Assembly (NCBI GenBank): GCA_964612745.1
Contig: CAZTCH010000007.1
Location: 1,327 to 65,326, forward strand
Length of the DNA: 64,000 nt
Origin: an uncultured Candidatus Saccharibacteria bacterium
Lineage (GTDB): Bacteria > Patescibacteriota > Doudnabacteria > UBA920
Direction: 5' to 3'
Numbering within the stretch: the first letter of the stretch is position 1; the number at the start of each line of letters is the position of its first letter. The notes under the pieces were generated by a model that was not told the origin of the DNA, made no database searches, and saw only the letters and a program-made list of their open reading frames with translations. The translations under genes and the position numbers were made by a program. This document shows positions 30,982 through 40,921 of the stretch, piece by piece.

Positions 30982-31926
30982 TCACTTTTCTTCTTGTTTG
31001 TACAGCAATCTTTTCCCTAGAATAATTACGAACAGTAGCAAGACTACTGAAATAAGTGAAAGCCACACGAGAGTAGGTTGATTCTGTCTGTTTCCTTTTG
31101 CAATTTTGCTTATTACCGTTTCATTACCAGACATGTCCACTGCTTTGAGGAATACCTTGATGTCTTTGTCTCCTTGGTTTTTGAGTTGGTATGGGGATCG
31201 TGTTCTTACCCAATCGGTTTCAGTAGGGTACTCTTTTTTTGCGTCTATTTCGGCAATCTCGTAGTATTGTATACCGCTTTCCACATCTTCTGCTTGAAAA
31301 GCCGCAAACCAATTGCCTGAGAAAAGTGTTTCATCCTTCCCAATGGCAAGCTCGAGGTGTATTGGGGGAGTGTTGTCTGGAGTATTTGCGAGAGGGGTTT
31401 CTACAGCTTTTTCTGTGGGTTTGCCAATATTGATTGTTATCGGGGTGTATTGGTGAGGGATAACGCTACCGAGTCCGTCATTTGCTAAGGCTTTTGTGTT
31501 TTCGGCATATGATATGGTTGCAGTTCCTTCTGCAAGTGCTTTAAAAGAGATAGAGAAGAGTTGGCCTTGTCTACCGGTGAAACCTGGTGTAGGTAATCCT
31601 CCAGTAAAGCTAATAACTCCAGAATTTTGGGCTTGGCTGGGTTTTGACTGCCAGTACGAGATAATTGAATTAGCCGTGCTGAGGCTTGTTACTGCAAGCA
31701 TCTTACTCGGATAGTTCACGCTTCCTTCGAGTGCATTTGCTGCCGTGGTTGTATTGAGGAATGCCGAAACGGTAAAGGTTTCACCTATTACAACAGCTTT
31801 TTTTGAGCTAAAAGTAAATGTGCTGTCACTTGCCAGTAGCGCCGATGGGGATACGCAGAAGAGTAGTACTACAACGGCAAGTAATTGTGTGGTTTTGTGT
31901 AAAGACATAGAGTGTTTGTTAGTCAT
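30982..31926 (-). CDS. Cohesin-like domain protein with C-terminal membrane anchor
   Basis: GETFTVSAFL..ANALEGSVNY..GVISFTGG..LFSISFKALAEGTATI cohesin pattern; C-terminal TM. Confidence 0.7.
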   Translation of the reverse strand: MTNKHSMSLHKTTQLLAVVVLLFCVSPSALLASDSTFTFSSKKAVVIGETFTVSAFLNTTTAANALEGSVNYPSKMLAVTSLSTANSIISYWQSKPSQAQNSGVISFTGGLPTPGFTGRQGQLFSISFKALAEGTATISYAENTKALANDGLGSVIPHQYTPITINIGKPTEKAVETPLANTPDNTPPIHLELAIGKDETLFSGNWFAAFQAEDVESGIQYYEIAEIDAKKEYPTETDWVRTRSPYQLKNQGDKDIKVFLKAVDMSGNETVISKIAKGNRQNQPTLVWLSLISVVLLLFVIILGKRLLYKQEEK

Positions 31927-33412
31927 TCCACCAGTAGAGAAGGATGCTAAAGTCTACTAAGTTTACTATTTTATCTTTATTTATATCTGCAAGTGTTGTG
32001 CCACTTTTCTGCCAGTAGTACATGAGAATGCTCAGATCTGTCAGATTTACTTTGGTATCACAGTTTAGATCTGCTGGAATACTTGCACATTGCAAGCCGA
32101 CTTTTTTGCTACCCAGAATAGCAAGATTTCCAATAGTGTTCAGTGGTATTTGGAATTGGTTTGATTTATTCAGTAGTGGTTGTATTGGCGTGATATTCCA
32201 GCGATTTTCTGGTGCAAAGAAAGCATTTCCCCATTCTGGGGTAAACACACTCACTTGTTGTGGGGTATACACCAGAGTCGCAGTAAGGGCTTGTTTGGGG
32301 TAGCGCACTACTCTACCAGTGGCGTCTTGGATAAAAATTCCGAAGAGTACATCTGCGATGGCGAATTTATTTGGGGCACCAGTTTTATTTGGAAACCCAG
32401 ACCATGAAAGACACGTTAGGGAGAGCTGGCTTTGGTCTGGAATGCTACCAGCGGGGATGTGTAGTTGTATATATGCCCCATTTTGGCACGCAATACCGTA
32501 CACACCGCTCAGTGTGGCGTCTATGACTGTAGCGTTTGCACTAGGGAGTAATACAACGCCGGTGTTACTTTGTGTGTGAGAAATAGTATATATTTCTTCG
32601 ACAATCCCACTAGCTGTGTAATCGGTCTTAGCTGCCAAAGCTTTCAGGGTTGTAGTTTCGGTGAAAGTGAGAGGGGTAGTATATACGGAGCTACTTATGG
32701 TGGGGTTACTGCCGTCAGTTGTATAATAAATGGTTGCTCCACTTGTTGCGCTGGTAATGCTTACCGTTACTGTGTTTTCAAACAACGCTGTCGTAGGGTT
32801 CATGACAGGGCTTGCTACCGTACCAAGGGTGCCAACGAGAGAACTAATACCAACAGGGTCAGTGATGGCTATGGATACTTCACCTGAGTCGATAAGTGCG
32901 TCTAGGCTTGTACTCGTAGCGATATTGAGAGAATATGTCCCAATACTGCTAGGATTGGTTATGTCTTGGTCTCCAGCGCTTTGAAATGTGGCGTTACTAC
33001 CAATTTCGATTACTATAGTGCTTCCAGCACTGATGGGGTCAGTGTCGTTCAAGGTGAATTGGATGCTGCCACTGCTTCCAGATATGGCCTGAGCTCCTAT
33101 GCTACTTCCAGAGCCTGTGCCGGCGCTAGCGCTTAAAGACGCGTCAGTAGCGTTAATCTCGAGGTCTAAGTCTTCATGGTTTAGGCTGGGGATGGTAAAA
33201 GCGCTGCTTTGTGGAGTAATGGTGATTTTGCCACCCGCTGGTATTTCTGTGGGGTTGGTAAAAGTAATTCGATGTCTTGCTGGTTCTGACTTTGCTGAAG
33301 TACTTATTCTGTCACTTCTGTTGGTGAGTGTGGCAGCTTGTGTGTTTGTGCTCTGGTGCAAAACCCACAACAATCCAGTTGCAAGCACGAGAAGTGCGCA
33401 TAGTTTTTTCAT
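31919..33412 (-). CDS. Secreted protein with CHB_HEX_C/FN3-associated domain and C-terminal dockerin-like EF-hand pair
   Basis: GATIYYTTDGSNPT..YTTPL; ADLNCDTKVNLTDLSILM..ADINKDKIVNLVDFSILL. Confidence 0.75.
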   Translation of the reverse strand: MKKLCALLVLATGLLWVLHQSTNTQAATLTNRSDRISTSAKSEPARHRITFTNPTEIPAGGKITITPQSSAFTIPSLNHEDLDLEINATDASLSASAGTGSGSSIGAQAISGSSGSIQFTLNDTDPISAGSTIVIEIGSNATFQSAGDQDITNPSSIGTYSLNIATSTSLDALIDSGEVSIAITDPVGISSLVGTLGTVASPVMNPTTALFENTVTVSITSATSGATIYYTTDGSNPTISSSVYTTPLTFTETTTLKALAAKTDYTASGIVEEIYTISHTQSNTGVVLLPSANATVIDATLSGVYGIACQNGAYIQLHIPAGSIPDQSQLSLTCLSWSGFPNKTGAPNKFAIADVLFGIFIQDATGRVVRYPKQALTATLVYTPQQVSVFTPEWGNAFFAPENRWNITPIQPLLNKSNQFQIPLNTIGNLAILGSKKVGLQCASIPADLNCDTKVNLTDLSILMYYWQKSGTTLADINKDKIVNLVDFSILLYWWND

Positions 33413-33421
33413 ACGGATTGC

Positions 33422-33790
33422 TTAGGCTTTTAAAAGCGTTCTTGCTCGTCTTTGGTCAAGGTAAAAGTTGGTCACTATTAAACCAAAGAGAGTGGTAATT
33501 GCAATAGCGAGCAGCCACTGTCTCGATGTCTCCGTTTGGTTTTGGTATCGTTGTTGTGCGTCGAGTTGTTGTGCTCGTTTTTCTAAAACCTGCTTTTCTT
33601 CTTGTAGTTGTTGGTAGAGGGTGTTTTCTGGAGTAGGGTCAACGGTCCCACCAACTGCAATCCCGGCAACAGTGCCAATTGGGCCTGTTTGTTCGACGGT
33701 GTATGCGTCTATTGCCGGTAGAACCAGCATAAGGCAGGCGCACGCGCTGAGTAAGAGTGTATAGGTACCAGTGAGAAAAGAGATTTTCAT
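33422..33790 (-). CDS. Hypothetical membrane protein (TM, coiled coil, TM)
   Basis: First gene of the co-directional cluster; ENTLYQQLQEEKQVLE coiled segment. Confidence 0.65.
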   Translation of the reverse strand: MKISFLTGTYTLLLSACACLMLVLPAIDAYTVEQTGPIGTVAGIAVGGTVDPTPENTLYQQLQEEKQVLEKRAQQLDAQQRYQNQTETSRQWLLAIAITTLFGLIVTNFYLDQRRARTLLKA

Positions 33791-33942
33791 ATAAGGTAGA
33801 TCTTTCTGTAAGTATTATACAACCTTTTTGGACTGTCTTGGCCGGTTGACCAATTTGTTTTTTTTCAGTATACTTATCCCAGCAATGTTATTTGCGCCCT
33901 AGTTTTCTGCAGGGTTTTCCAGTATTAATATTCATTCATAAA

Positions 33943-34083
33943 ATGAAGCGAACATACCAACCAAAAGTTAAAAAGCGTTTAAAGACGCATGGTTTTCGCG
34001 CCCGAATGAAAACAGTTACGGGGCAGGCAGTTATTGCCCGCAGACGGGCAAAGGGGCGAAAGAGACTGTCTATTAGCGAATAG
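33943..34083 (+). CDS. rpmH: 50S ribosomal protein L34
   Basis: [22 protein letters not shown]...[10 protein letters not shown]. Confidence 0.97.
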   Translation: MKRTYQPKVKKRLKTHGFRARMKTVTGQAVIARRRAKGRKRLSISE

Positions 34084-34139
34084 CTTTAGATCGGCAAGCT
34101 TATAAAGCTAAAGCTTTATAAGCTTTTATTTTATACACT

Positions 34140-34484
34140 ATGTTTTCTCGGGAGAACCGTTTAGCGCAAGATGGTGATATTCAGAGGGTCTTACGAACAG
34201 GTCGTAAGTTTTTTTGCCCTCTTTTTACTATTCGGTGGCGTGAGGTGCACAATACTGTCACACCTCCTCGGTTTGCGGTCGTGGTGTCTACGAAGGTGGC
34301 GAAACGGGCGGTAAAGCGGAATCGACTACGTAGGATTACTCGTGAATTATTGCGTAAAAACCTGCGAAGTATACACTCTGCAGACTATATGATCATCTTA
34401 CGCCCTGAGGTCCTTAAGGTGCCCGAGGCGCAATATCTGCAAACACTTGCTGGGGCATTTGAAAAGGCGAAACTGTTGGTATAG
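34140..34484 (+). CDS. rnpA: Ribonuclease P protein component
   Basis: RFAVVVSTKVAKRAVKRNRLRR motif; synteny. Confidence 0.95.
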   Translation: MFSRENRLAQDGDIQRVLRTGRKFFCPLFTIRWREVHNTVTPPRFAVVVSTKVAKRAVKRNRLRRITRELLRKNLRSIHSADYMIILRPEVLKVPEAQYLQTLAGAFEKAKLLV

Positions 34485-34526
34485 TGTAAGTATTTCTCAT
34501 AAAAAGTGCTTTGAGCACTTTTTTGT

Positions 34527-34535
34527 TTATCCACA
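34527..34535 (+). promoter_or_regulatory. Perfect DnaA box between rnpA and yidD
   Basis: TTATCCACA. Confidence 0.55.
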
Positions 34536-34560
34536 GAATCTGGTACACTACCTGAGTAAT

Positions 34561-34791
34561 ATGCGATATTTACTTGCCGGAATCATTGTATTGTACCAGC
34601 GCACGATATCCTTAGATCATGGATTGTTTCGGGGTTTGTACCCGCATGGGTATTGTAGGCATTTTCCTACATGTAGTGAATACGCACGGCAATCGATTCT
34701 AAAGTACGGTGTTTTTCGAGGTGTGGGGAAATCTACTTTGCGCGTCTTACAGTGCCATCCTTTTGCTAAGCCGTCTGTTGATTTACCATAA
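34561..34791 (+). CDS. yidD: Membrane protein insertion efficiency factor YidD
   Basis: CRHFPTCSEY...KYG...RVLQCHPF. Confidence 0.92.
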   Translation: MRYLLAGIIVLYQRTISLDHGLFRGLYPHGYCRHFPTCSEYARQSILKYGVFRGVGKSTLRVLQCHPFAKPSVDLP

Positions 34792-34926
34792 AGGGTATAG
34801 GGTTTGTTGTTTTTAGAAAAGGAGATAGTGGTCGAGCTCTGTACGAATGTAACTTCTTTTGCTGTTCTTTGGTCTCTACTGCTCAGTGAGTAGAGAGTGA
34901 AGATTAGTAATTAGAAAATATTTCCA

Positions 34927-35625
34927 ATGTTGGAACTTTACCATCAGTTTATTTATAACCCGTTACTGAATTTGTTGGTTTGGGGGTACAATTCGTTACC
35001 AGGTCACGATATCGGTATTGTTATTGTCGTGCTTACTATTTTAGTTCGCTTGCTGCTTGCACCAACAATGCACAAGCAGATTAAAAGTCAGCATGCAATT
35101 GCAAAACTGCAGCCAAAACTAGAAGAGTTAAAAGAAAAGCATAAAGATAATAAAGAGGTTCAGGCTCGCGCAGTAATGGATTTGTATAAAGAACACAATG
35201 TGAACCCCTTTGCTTCTTGTTTGCCCTTGCTGTTGCAGCTGCCAATCCTCATCGCCCTGTATCAAGTGTTTAATAAAGCACTCCATGGAAACTTGGATGG
35301 CTTATATCGTGTAGTGTACAACCCAGGGGTGATTGACCCTATGTTCTTAGGTGTTATAAACTTGGCCAATCCGAATATTATTTTGGCAGTTTTGGCTGGT
35401 GGTTTGCAGTTTTGGCAAGCTCGAATGATGCAAGCAAAATCTGCTACAAAACCCACAGATGCTTCGGCGCAAATGATTCAGATGCAGACAATGTACTTGC
35501 TACCACTGGTGAGTATCTTTATTGCGTGGCGTTTGCCAGCAGGTCTGCCGTTGTACTGGATCGTGACCACATTGTTTGCAATCGCACAACAGTATTACGT
35601 TACGAAGCGTCACACGAACGAGTAG
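34927..35625 (+). CDS. yidC: Membrane protein insertase YidC (short form)
   Basis: LQPKLEELK, LYKEHNVNPFASCLPLLLQLPI, PAGLPLYW. Confidence 0.94.
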   Translation: MLELYHQFIYNPLLNLLVWGYNSLPGHDIGIVIVVLTILVRLLLAPTMHKQIKSQHAIAKLQPKLEELKEKHKDNKEVQARAVMDLYKEHNVNPFASCLPLLLQLPILIALYQVFNKALHGNLDGLYRVVYNPGVIDPMFLGVINLANPNIILAVLAGGLQFWQARMMQAKSATKPTDASAQMIQMQTMYLLPLVSIFIAWRLPAGLPLYWIVTTLFAIAQQYYVTKRHTNE

Positions 35626-35657
35626 TTGGTTATTGGTAAAATATTAAAGCAAGCCAT

Positions 35658-36128
35658 ATGAACTCTGACACTATAGAGGGTATTACCTCGGTTATTACCG
35701 GTTTAGTTTCTGCTATGGGTCTAGTTGCGACAGTGGAAGTAGAAGATATCCCCCATAGAGGGATCGTATTCTCTATTCACCCTGAGTCATCTGCGTATAT
35801 GCTTATTGGTCACCGTGGGGAACATTTGCACGCGCTTGAAGTTTTGGTAGTTGCGATGTCTCGCCGGATATTGCCTGAAACTCCTTGGTTTAGTTTGGAT
35901 GTAGATGATTATAAACGGAAGCGTGAGTGGTATTTGAAAGAGACTGTACAAGGTGCGGTGGCGCATCTCGAGAAAGCGGGTAAACAGGTGGGATTAGTGC
36001 CAATGCCTAGTTATGAACGAAGGTTCGTGCACTCCTATATACAAGAACGGTACCCGCAGGTAGAGTCTGAAAGTGTTGGTGTTGCGCAGTCACGGCGCAT
36101 TGTTTTGAAAAAAAAGTCTAAAGAATAA
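35658..36128 (+). CDS. Jag/KhpB-like KH-R3H RNA-binding protein
   Basis: LIGHRGEHLHAL (KH), PMPSYERRFVH (R3H); follows yidC. Confidence 0.85.
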   Translation: MNSDTIEGITSVITGLVSAMGLVATVEVEDIPHRGIVFSIHPESSAYMLIGHRGEHLHALEVLVVAMSRRILPETPWFSLDVDDYKRKREWYLKETVQGAVAHLEKAGKQVGLVPMPSYERRFVHSYIQERYPQVESESVGVAQSRRIVLKKKSKE

Positions 36129-36135
36129 TACGTAC

Positions 36136-36627
36136 ATGTCTCGAACACATACAACTTTAAGCGTGGAGGTATTGCAGTTTGTAGAAGGCGTGGGTACTCC
36201 TTGTCCTCTCTCTGAGGTGTATACTGCATTTCAGAAGATGTATCCTCGTAAGAAAGTGTATGATGTGGTTTTTCGGCTAGAAGCACAAGGGTTGTTGCTC
36301 TATGCGAATCCTGCGAAAACAATGTTGGAGATGTCTTCTGATGGGAGGGCGCTCCTGAGTACTCGGCGACCAGTAAAAGATGGTGTGTGGAAGTTGGTTA
36401 TCTTTGATATTCCAGAGACGCAACGAAAGATACGAACTGTTTTGCGGAATCAGTTAAAAGCAATTGGATTTCGTAAGTGGCAAGGCAGTATTTGGATCTC
36501 TCCCTATGCTCTTGATGCGAGTGTTGAACAAGAATTGTCTGAGCTTGCAAAACACTACTTTGTTCGACTGATAAAAACTACGGACATAAATGTAACAACA
36601 GATTTAGAAGAGTTGTTTAGAGAGTAG
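36136..36627 (+). CDS. PaaX-family regulator (wHTH plus Cas2-like central domain)
   Basis: DGVWKLVIFDIPETQRKIRTVLR..GFRKWQGSIWISPY. Confidence 0.8.
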   Translation: MSRTHTTLSVEVLQFVEGVGTPCPLSEVYTAFQKMYPRKKVYDVVFRLEAQGLLLYANPAKTMLEMSSDGRALLSTRRPVKDGVWKLVIFDIPETQRKIRTVLRNQLKAIGFRKWQGSIWISPYALDASVEQELSELAKHYFVRLIKTTDINVTTDLEELFRE

Positions 36628-36651
36628 AGAGTAGAGAATAGGAGCTAAGAC

Positions 36652-36683
36652 AAAAAACCTAGCGCTATGCGCTAGGTTTTTTT
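36652..36683. terminator. Bidirectional terminator flanked by inverted TAGAG tracts
   Basis: AAAAAACCTAGCGC-tat-GCGCTAGGTTTTTT. Confidence 0.8.
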
Positions 36684-36724
36684 ATTTCTACCCTCTACTC
36701 TCTATTCTCTACCCTCTCTCAGTA

Positions 36725-39544
36725 CTACTCCACCGTAAACACTACCTTGCTGCTACTATTTGTTCCCGACTTTGCTTGTATGGCATACGAACCAGGAGCG
36801 GGGGCGTCCCAAATGGTGCTATAGGCATATGTGCCATCTTGCATGCGGATACCCGAACTTGTCCCTACTGCAAAATCGTTGAGATAAAATGTAACACTAT
36901 CTAGTTGGCTATTGCTGACCGCTTGGAAAGCAACAGGGCTACTAATTGTTTGGTTTTTAACAGGGCTGGTAATGCTCAGGGGAGTACTGGCTGAGACGGT
37001 GACCCGTACGCTTGTTTCGGTACTCTTCCCGAAAGAATTAACGACTTGCACGGCTATGACATGTTCACCATCTGCTACTTTTTTGTTGATGGTGAATAGG
37101 TATGGTTCCGTAGTTTTGCTCTCTACTAACTGACCGTCCAGGAGCAGCTCTACACGTTGGCCTGGGGTGGCATTTTGCACTTTGGCAGATACGGTAATAG
37201 GGAGTTGAGTGATGCGCGCGCCATTTCGAGGTTCTTGGATGGATACTTGCGTTACTTCATTCTGATTTTCTTCTGTGGTGGTAGTTGCTCCACTCGGTGG
37301 GAGACTAAAGCCCTTGCTTTCCATCCATGCTCGCACAGGGTCTTCCCACGCAGCATTGTCTGGTTTCTCACTTCGGAAAACCGTGTAAGGTCTGAACTCG
37401 ATATTCTCGGAAGGGGTGCTAGATGTGGCGGCGAGCCCTGTAGTTCTGTCTATGCGCGCAATGATATGTACGTCATCGTATTCTTTCGGGACGGAGTAAC
37501 TTGCAAACACCTCTTCTTTTGTCTGTGGGGTGAAGTTTGTTGGAAGTTTCCCACTGACACTATCGACGCTAATCTTTTGGATTCCATCGGGCACGGAAAA
37601 GTTTTCTACTGGTGTATCTTTGAGTGCTTGTCGTAAGAATGTGTTCACAATTGGCGCCGCGACGACAACTCCATCTGCGCCACGCTTCATAGGTTCTCTA
37701 AAGTAGTTGTTTCCAGTCCAGACTCCCACAGCAATGCTAGGGGTGAAGCACATGGTCCAACCATCTCGCCACTCGTTGGTTGTTCCTGTCTTACACGCAA
37801 CGGGTCTTCCGGGGAGGGTGAGAGGGTTGTTTACACCAAAGATATAGGAGCGGGCAGCGTTGTCCGTCATGATGCTTGTGAGTTCATAGACTGCTTGTTC
37901 GTCCACTGCTCGTTGGCTTTTATCGGAGTATTCCTCAAGAATTTCGCCAGTACGGCTTTCGATTTTCAAAATTGGGGTTGCGGGATTGCGTACGCCTCCG
38001 TTGGCGAGAGTGGCGTATGCAGCGGTGTGATCCAAGAGTCTTACCTCACAACCTCCAAGTACCAGCGACAGCCCACAATCGTTAAAGTTACTGGTTATCC
38101 CAAGGTCTTGCGCAGTTTTAATTGCGTTGTTTACACCTACGAGTGCCAAGGTTTTTACTGCAGGAATGTTTAAGCTACCGGCAAGTGCTTGCCGCATAGA
38201 GACTGGTCCGAAATTGGCACCGGTATAGTTTTTCGGGATGTAAGATTTTCCGCCGTACGTTCCGAAGTTGGTGGTTACATCCATGAGCATGGAGGCTGGT
38301 GCGTAACCGAATTCTTTTTTGAACGCCGTGAGGTAGACGAATGGTTTAAAGCTGCTTCCAGGTTGGCGCAGGCTTAAGGCAACGTTTACACTAGGGTCAA
38401 ATAAACAATCTTTACCAGGGGTGCATCCTTCGGGGGTGCTTGTACCAAAGAAATCTTTACTACCAACCATGCTCAGTATTTGTCCGGTTTTGGAGTCTAT
38501 GGCAACAAGTGCTGCATTGTTTGCGTTGTAAGACTTAGCGTTTTTCTCTGCTCTGTCAGAAATAGCTTTCTCGGCTAAGTTTTGCAGTTTCAGGTCGAGG
38601 GTGGTGTATACTTTCAGACCACCTTCTTCAAGAGATTGTTCTCCAAACTTGTCTGCGAGATAATTTTGTACGTAGAGCACGAAGTGCGGAGCTTTGAGGC
38701 TGTTCTGTGGTGGAATGAACGCTACGGTTTCTTTGCTCGCTTGTTCCTTTTCCTGTGCCGTAATATACCCTTGGGCCTCCATAAGGCTTAAGATTGTCTG
38801 CTGTCTTCTGTCGAGCGCATCTCGGTTTGGTCCGAATGGGTTCAGGTATGTAGTGGATTGGGGGAGCGCAGCAAGGTATGCACTCTCTGCGAGGGTGAGG
38901 TCTTTTGCAGATTTATTGAAATACGATTTACTGGCTGCTTCTATGCCGTATGCGTTTCGTCCGTAAGGAATTTCGTTCAGATACAACTGGAGAATTTCTT
39001 CTTTACTGTATCGTGCTTCTAGTTCTATAGATAAGATGACTTCTTTTATTTTGCGCGAGATTCGTTTGTCTGAAGTAAGGAGTGCATTTTTAACGAATTG
39101 TTGCGTAATGGTGCTGCCCCCTTGTTTTTTGCTGCCTGAGGTAATGTCTACCCATGCAGAGCGAGCAAGCGCGCGAAGTGAAATACCTTTATGTTTAAAG
39201 AAGTCTTTGTCTTCTACAGCCACAGTGGCGTTTTTGAGGTATGGCGAAATAGCGTCTAATTGTACGAGTGTGCGTTTTGCTTCGCCGTGGATTTCGTAGA
39301 GTAGTTCGCCGTTGCGGTCGTAGATCTTAGATGACTCAGGGACTGTGCGTTGGAGGAGTGTGTTTGGGTCAGGAAGGGTAAAACTAAAATAGACGAACAT
39401 GAGTGCGAGCAGCGCTATACCAATAGCAAAAGCTCGAAACAGCCATGTCGTAATAAGACGTTTATTTCGTTTAGCGTATTTCCACCATTTTTTAATATTG
39501 GTTGCCGACTGCTCGGATACGCGCTCAAATGAATATATTTTCAT
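36725..39544 (-). CDS. Class A penicillin-binding protein (PBP1A) with C-terminal Ig-like domains
   Basis: EDKDFF, GGSTITQQ, RKIKE (transglycosylase); SSFK, SLN, KTG (transpeptidase). Confidence 0.94.
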   Translation of the reverse strand: MKIYSFERVSEQSATNIKKWWKYAKRNKRLITTWLFRAFAIGIALLALMFVYFSFTLPDPNTLLQRTVPESSKIYDRNGELLYEIHGEAKRTLVQLDAISPYLKNATVAVEDKDFFKHKGISLRALARSAWVDITSGSKKQGGSTITQQFVKNALLTSDKRISRKIKEVILSIELEARYSKEEILQLYLNEIPYGRNAYGIEAASKSYFNKSAKDLTLAESAYLAALPQSTTYLNPFGPNRDALDRRQQTILSLMEAQGYITAQEKEQASKETVAFIPPQNSLKAPHFVLYVQNYLADKFGEQSLEEGGLKVYTTLDLKLQNLAEKAISDRAEKNAKSYNANNAALVAIDSKTGQILSMVGSKDFFGTSTPEGCTPGKDCLFDPSVNVALSLRQPGSSFKPFVYLTAFKKEFGYAPASMLMDVTTNFGTYGGKSYIPKNYTGANFGPVSMRQALAGSLNIPAVKTLALVGVNNAIKTAQDLGITSNFNDCGLSLVLGGCEVRLLDHTAAYATLANGGVRNPATPILKIESRTGEILEEYSDKSQRAVDEQAVYELTSIMTDNAARSYIFGVNNPLTLPGRPVACKTGTTNEWRDGWTMCFTPSIAVGVWTGNNYFREPMKRGADGVVVAAPIVNTFLRQALKDTPVENFSVPDGIQKISVDSVSGKLPTNFTPQTKEEVFASYSVPKEYDDVHIIARIDRTTGLAATSSTPSENIEFRPYTVFRSEKPDNAAWEDPVRAWMESKGFSLPPSGATTTTEENQNEVTQVSIQEPRNGARITQLPITVSAKVQNATPGQRVELLLDGQLVESKTTEPYLFTINKKVADGEHVIAVQVVNSFGKSTETSVRVTVSASTPLSITSPVKNQTISSPVAFQAVSNSQLDSVTFYLNDFAVGTSSGIRMQDGTYAYSTIWDAPAPGSYAIQAKSGTNSSSKVVFTVE

Positions 39545-39698
39545 AGTGAATTAAAAGGCTAGTAGATGTAGTATACCGGCTTTCTGTACCCCTGTAAAAA
39601 TGCTACAATGAAGCCATATTTATGAAATTCGAGTGCTTACTGTTGCGGATTTTGTGGTGTGTTGCTATCCGTACGTACTCTCTAGGGGATTTAGCGTT

Positions 39699-40877
39699 AT
39701 GACCAAAGAACAAAAAATAGAAGAATTGTTGAGTCGTGGTGTGGCTGATGTGGTAGATAAGGAAAACTTGCGCAAAGCGCTGCTTTCCAAGCGGGTGTTG
39801 CGTGTGAAGCTAGGGATCGATCCAACCAGTCCCAATTTGCATATTGGGCGTGCGGTGGCTTTGTGGAAACTACGCGCTTTTCAAGATTTGGGTCACCAAG
39901 TGGTTTTTATTGTTGGGGACTTTACCGGTTTGATTGGTGACACTTCCGACAAAGATGCAGAACGACCAATGCTTACAGAAGCAGAGGTGGAGCAGAACAT
40001 GCAGACGTATCTTGCCCAAGCATATAAAATTTTAGATAAGACTAAAACAGAAGCTCACTTTAATTCCAAGTGGTTGAAAAAACTTGGGTTCAAGGAAATC
40101 GGTCTCATGGCAAATGGGTTTGGGCTGCATGAGTTTTCTGCGCGCGAGCTGATTAAAAAACGACTCGATGCTGGCAAGCGCGTGAGCCTTCGTGAACTTT
40201 TGTACCCACTCATGCAAGGGTATGACAGTGTTGCGGTACAGGCAGATGTTGAACTTGGTGGGAGTGACCAGTGGTTTAATTTGCTTGCTGGTAGGACTAT
40301 CCAGCCACTATACGGTCAAAAGCCACAAGATATCATGACGTTCCAACTGCTCGAAGGAACAGATGGGCGCAAGATGTCTTCGTCGTGGGGGAATGTGATT
40401 ACCTTAAACGATGCGCCAACGGACATGTTTGGGAAAGTTATGTCGTTGCGGGATGAACTTATTGGTCGCTACTTTGAGCTTGCCACTCGCGTGCCTTTGC
40501 AAGAAGTAGAGCAGTTCATGCAAAGCACACCAAACCCACGTGATCAAAAGATGCGCTTAGGAGAAGAGCTGGTAACGTTGTACCACGGAGCCGCAGCTGC
40601 ACAGCAAGCGCGCGAAGCATTTATTTCGCAGTTTAGTAACAAAGAATTACCTTCCGATATTCCAGAAGTAAAGCTGGGCTCGGGGGAGTATAAGCTTGTG
40701 GAGCTGCTCGTGCAAACCGAGTTGGTCACTTCAAAAGCAGAAGCGCGCAGGCTTTTGGAACAAGGTGGGGTGCGGGTGAACCAAGAAGTGGTGAAGACGG
40801 ATATTCAGATTACGCACAAAAAAAATACCGACTTACTCCTGCAAGTCGGAAAACGGAAATTTATAAAGCTTGTATAA
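39699..40877 (+). CDS. tyrS: Tyrosine--tRNA ligase
   Basis: GIDPTSPNLHIG, YPLMQGYD, GGSDQ, KMSSS, C-terminal S4-like domain. Confidence 0.97.
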   Translation: MTKEQKIEELLSRGVADVVDKENLRKALLSKRVLRVKLGIDPTSPNLHIGRAVALWKLRAFQDLGHQVVFIVGDFTGLIGDTSDKDAERPMLTEAEVEQNMQTYLAQAYKILDKTKTEAHFNSKWLKKLGFKEIGLMANGFGLHEFSARELIKKRLDAGKRVSLRELLYPLMQGYDSVAVQADVELGGSDQWFNLLAGRTIQPLYGQKPQDIMTFQLLEGTDGRKMSSSWGNVITLNDAPTDMFGKVMSLRDELIGRYFELATRVPLQEVEQFMQSTPNPRDQKMRLGEELVTLYHGAAAAQQAREAFISQFSNKELPSDIPEVKLGSGEYKLVELLVQTELVTSKAEARRLLEQGGVRVNQEVVKTDIQITHKKNTDLLLQVGKRKFIKLV

Positions 40878-40921
40878 ATAATAAAACCCTTTCTTTACAG
40901 AAAGGGTTTTATTATAAAGAA

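Noticed and set aside
30185-31081. 298-aa + strand ORF and similar Val/Pro/Ala-rich ORFs across 17.5-33.4 kb
   Set aside because: Antisense shadows of Thr/Gly/Ser-rich minus-strand genes, with no motifs of their own.
36136-36627. CRISPR-associated Cas2
   Set aside because: The Cas2-like fold follows a wHTH as in PaaX-family regulators; it ends the rpmH-jag operon with no cas neighbours.
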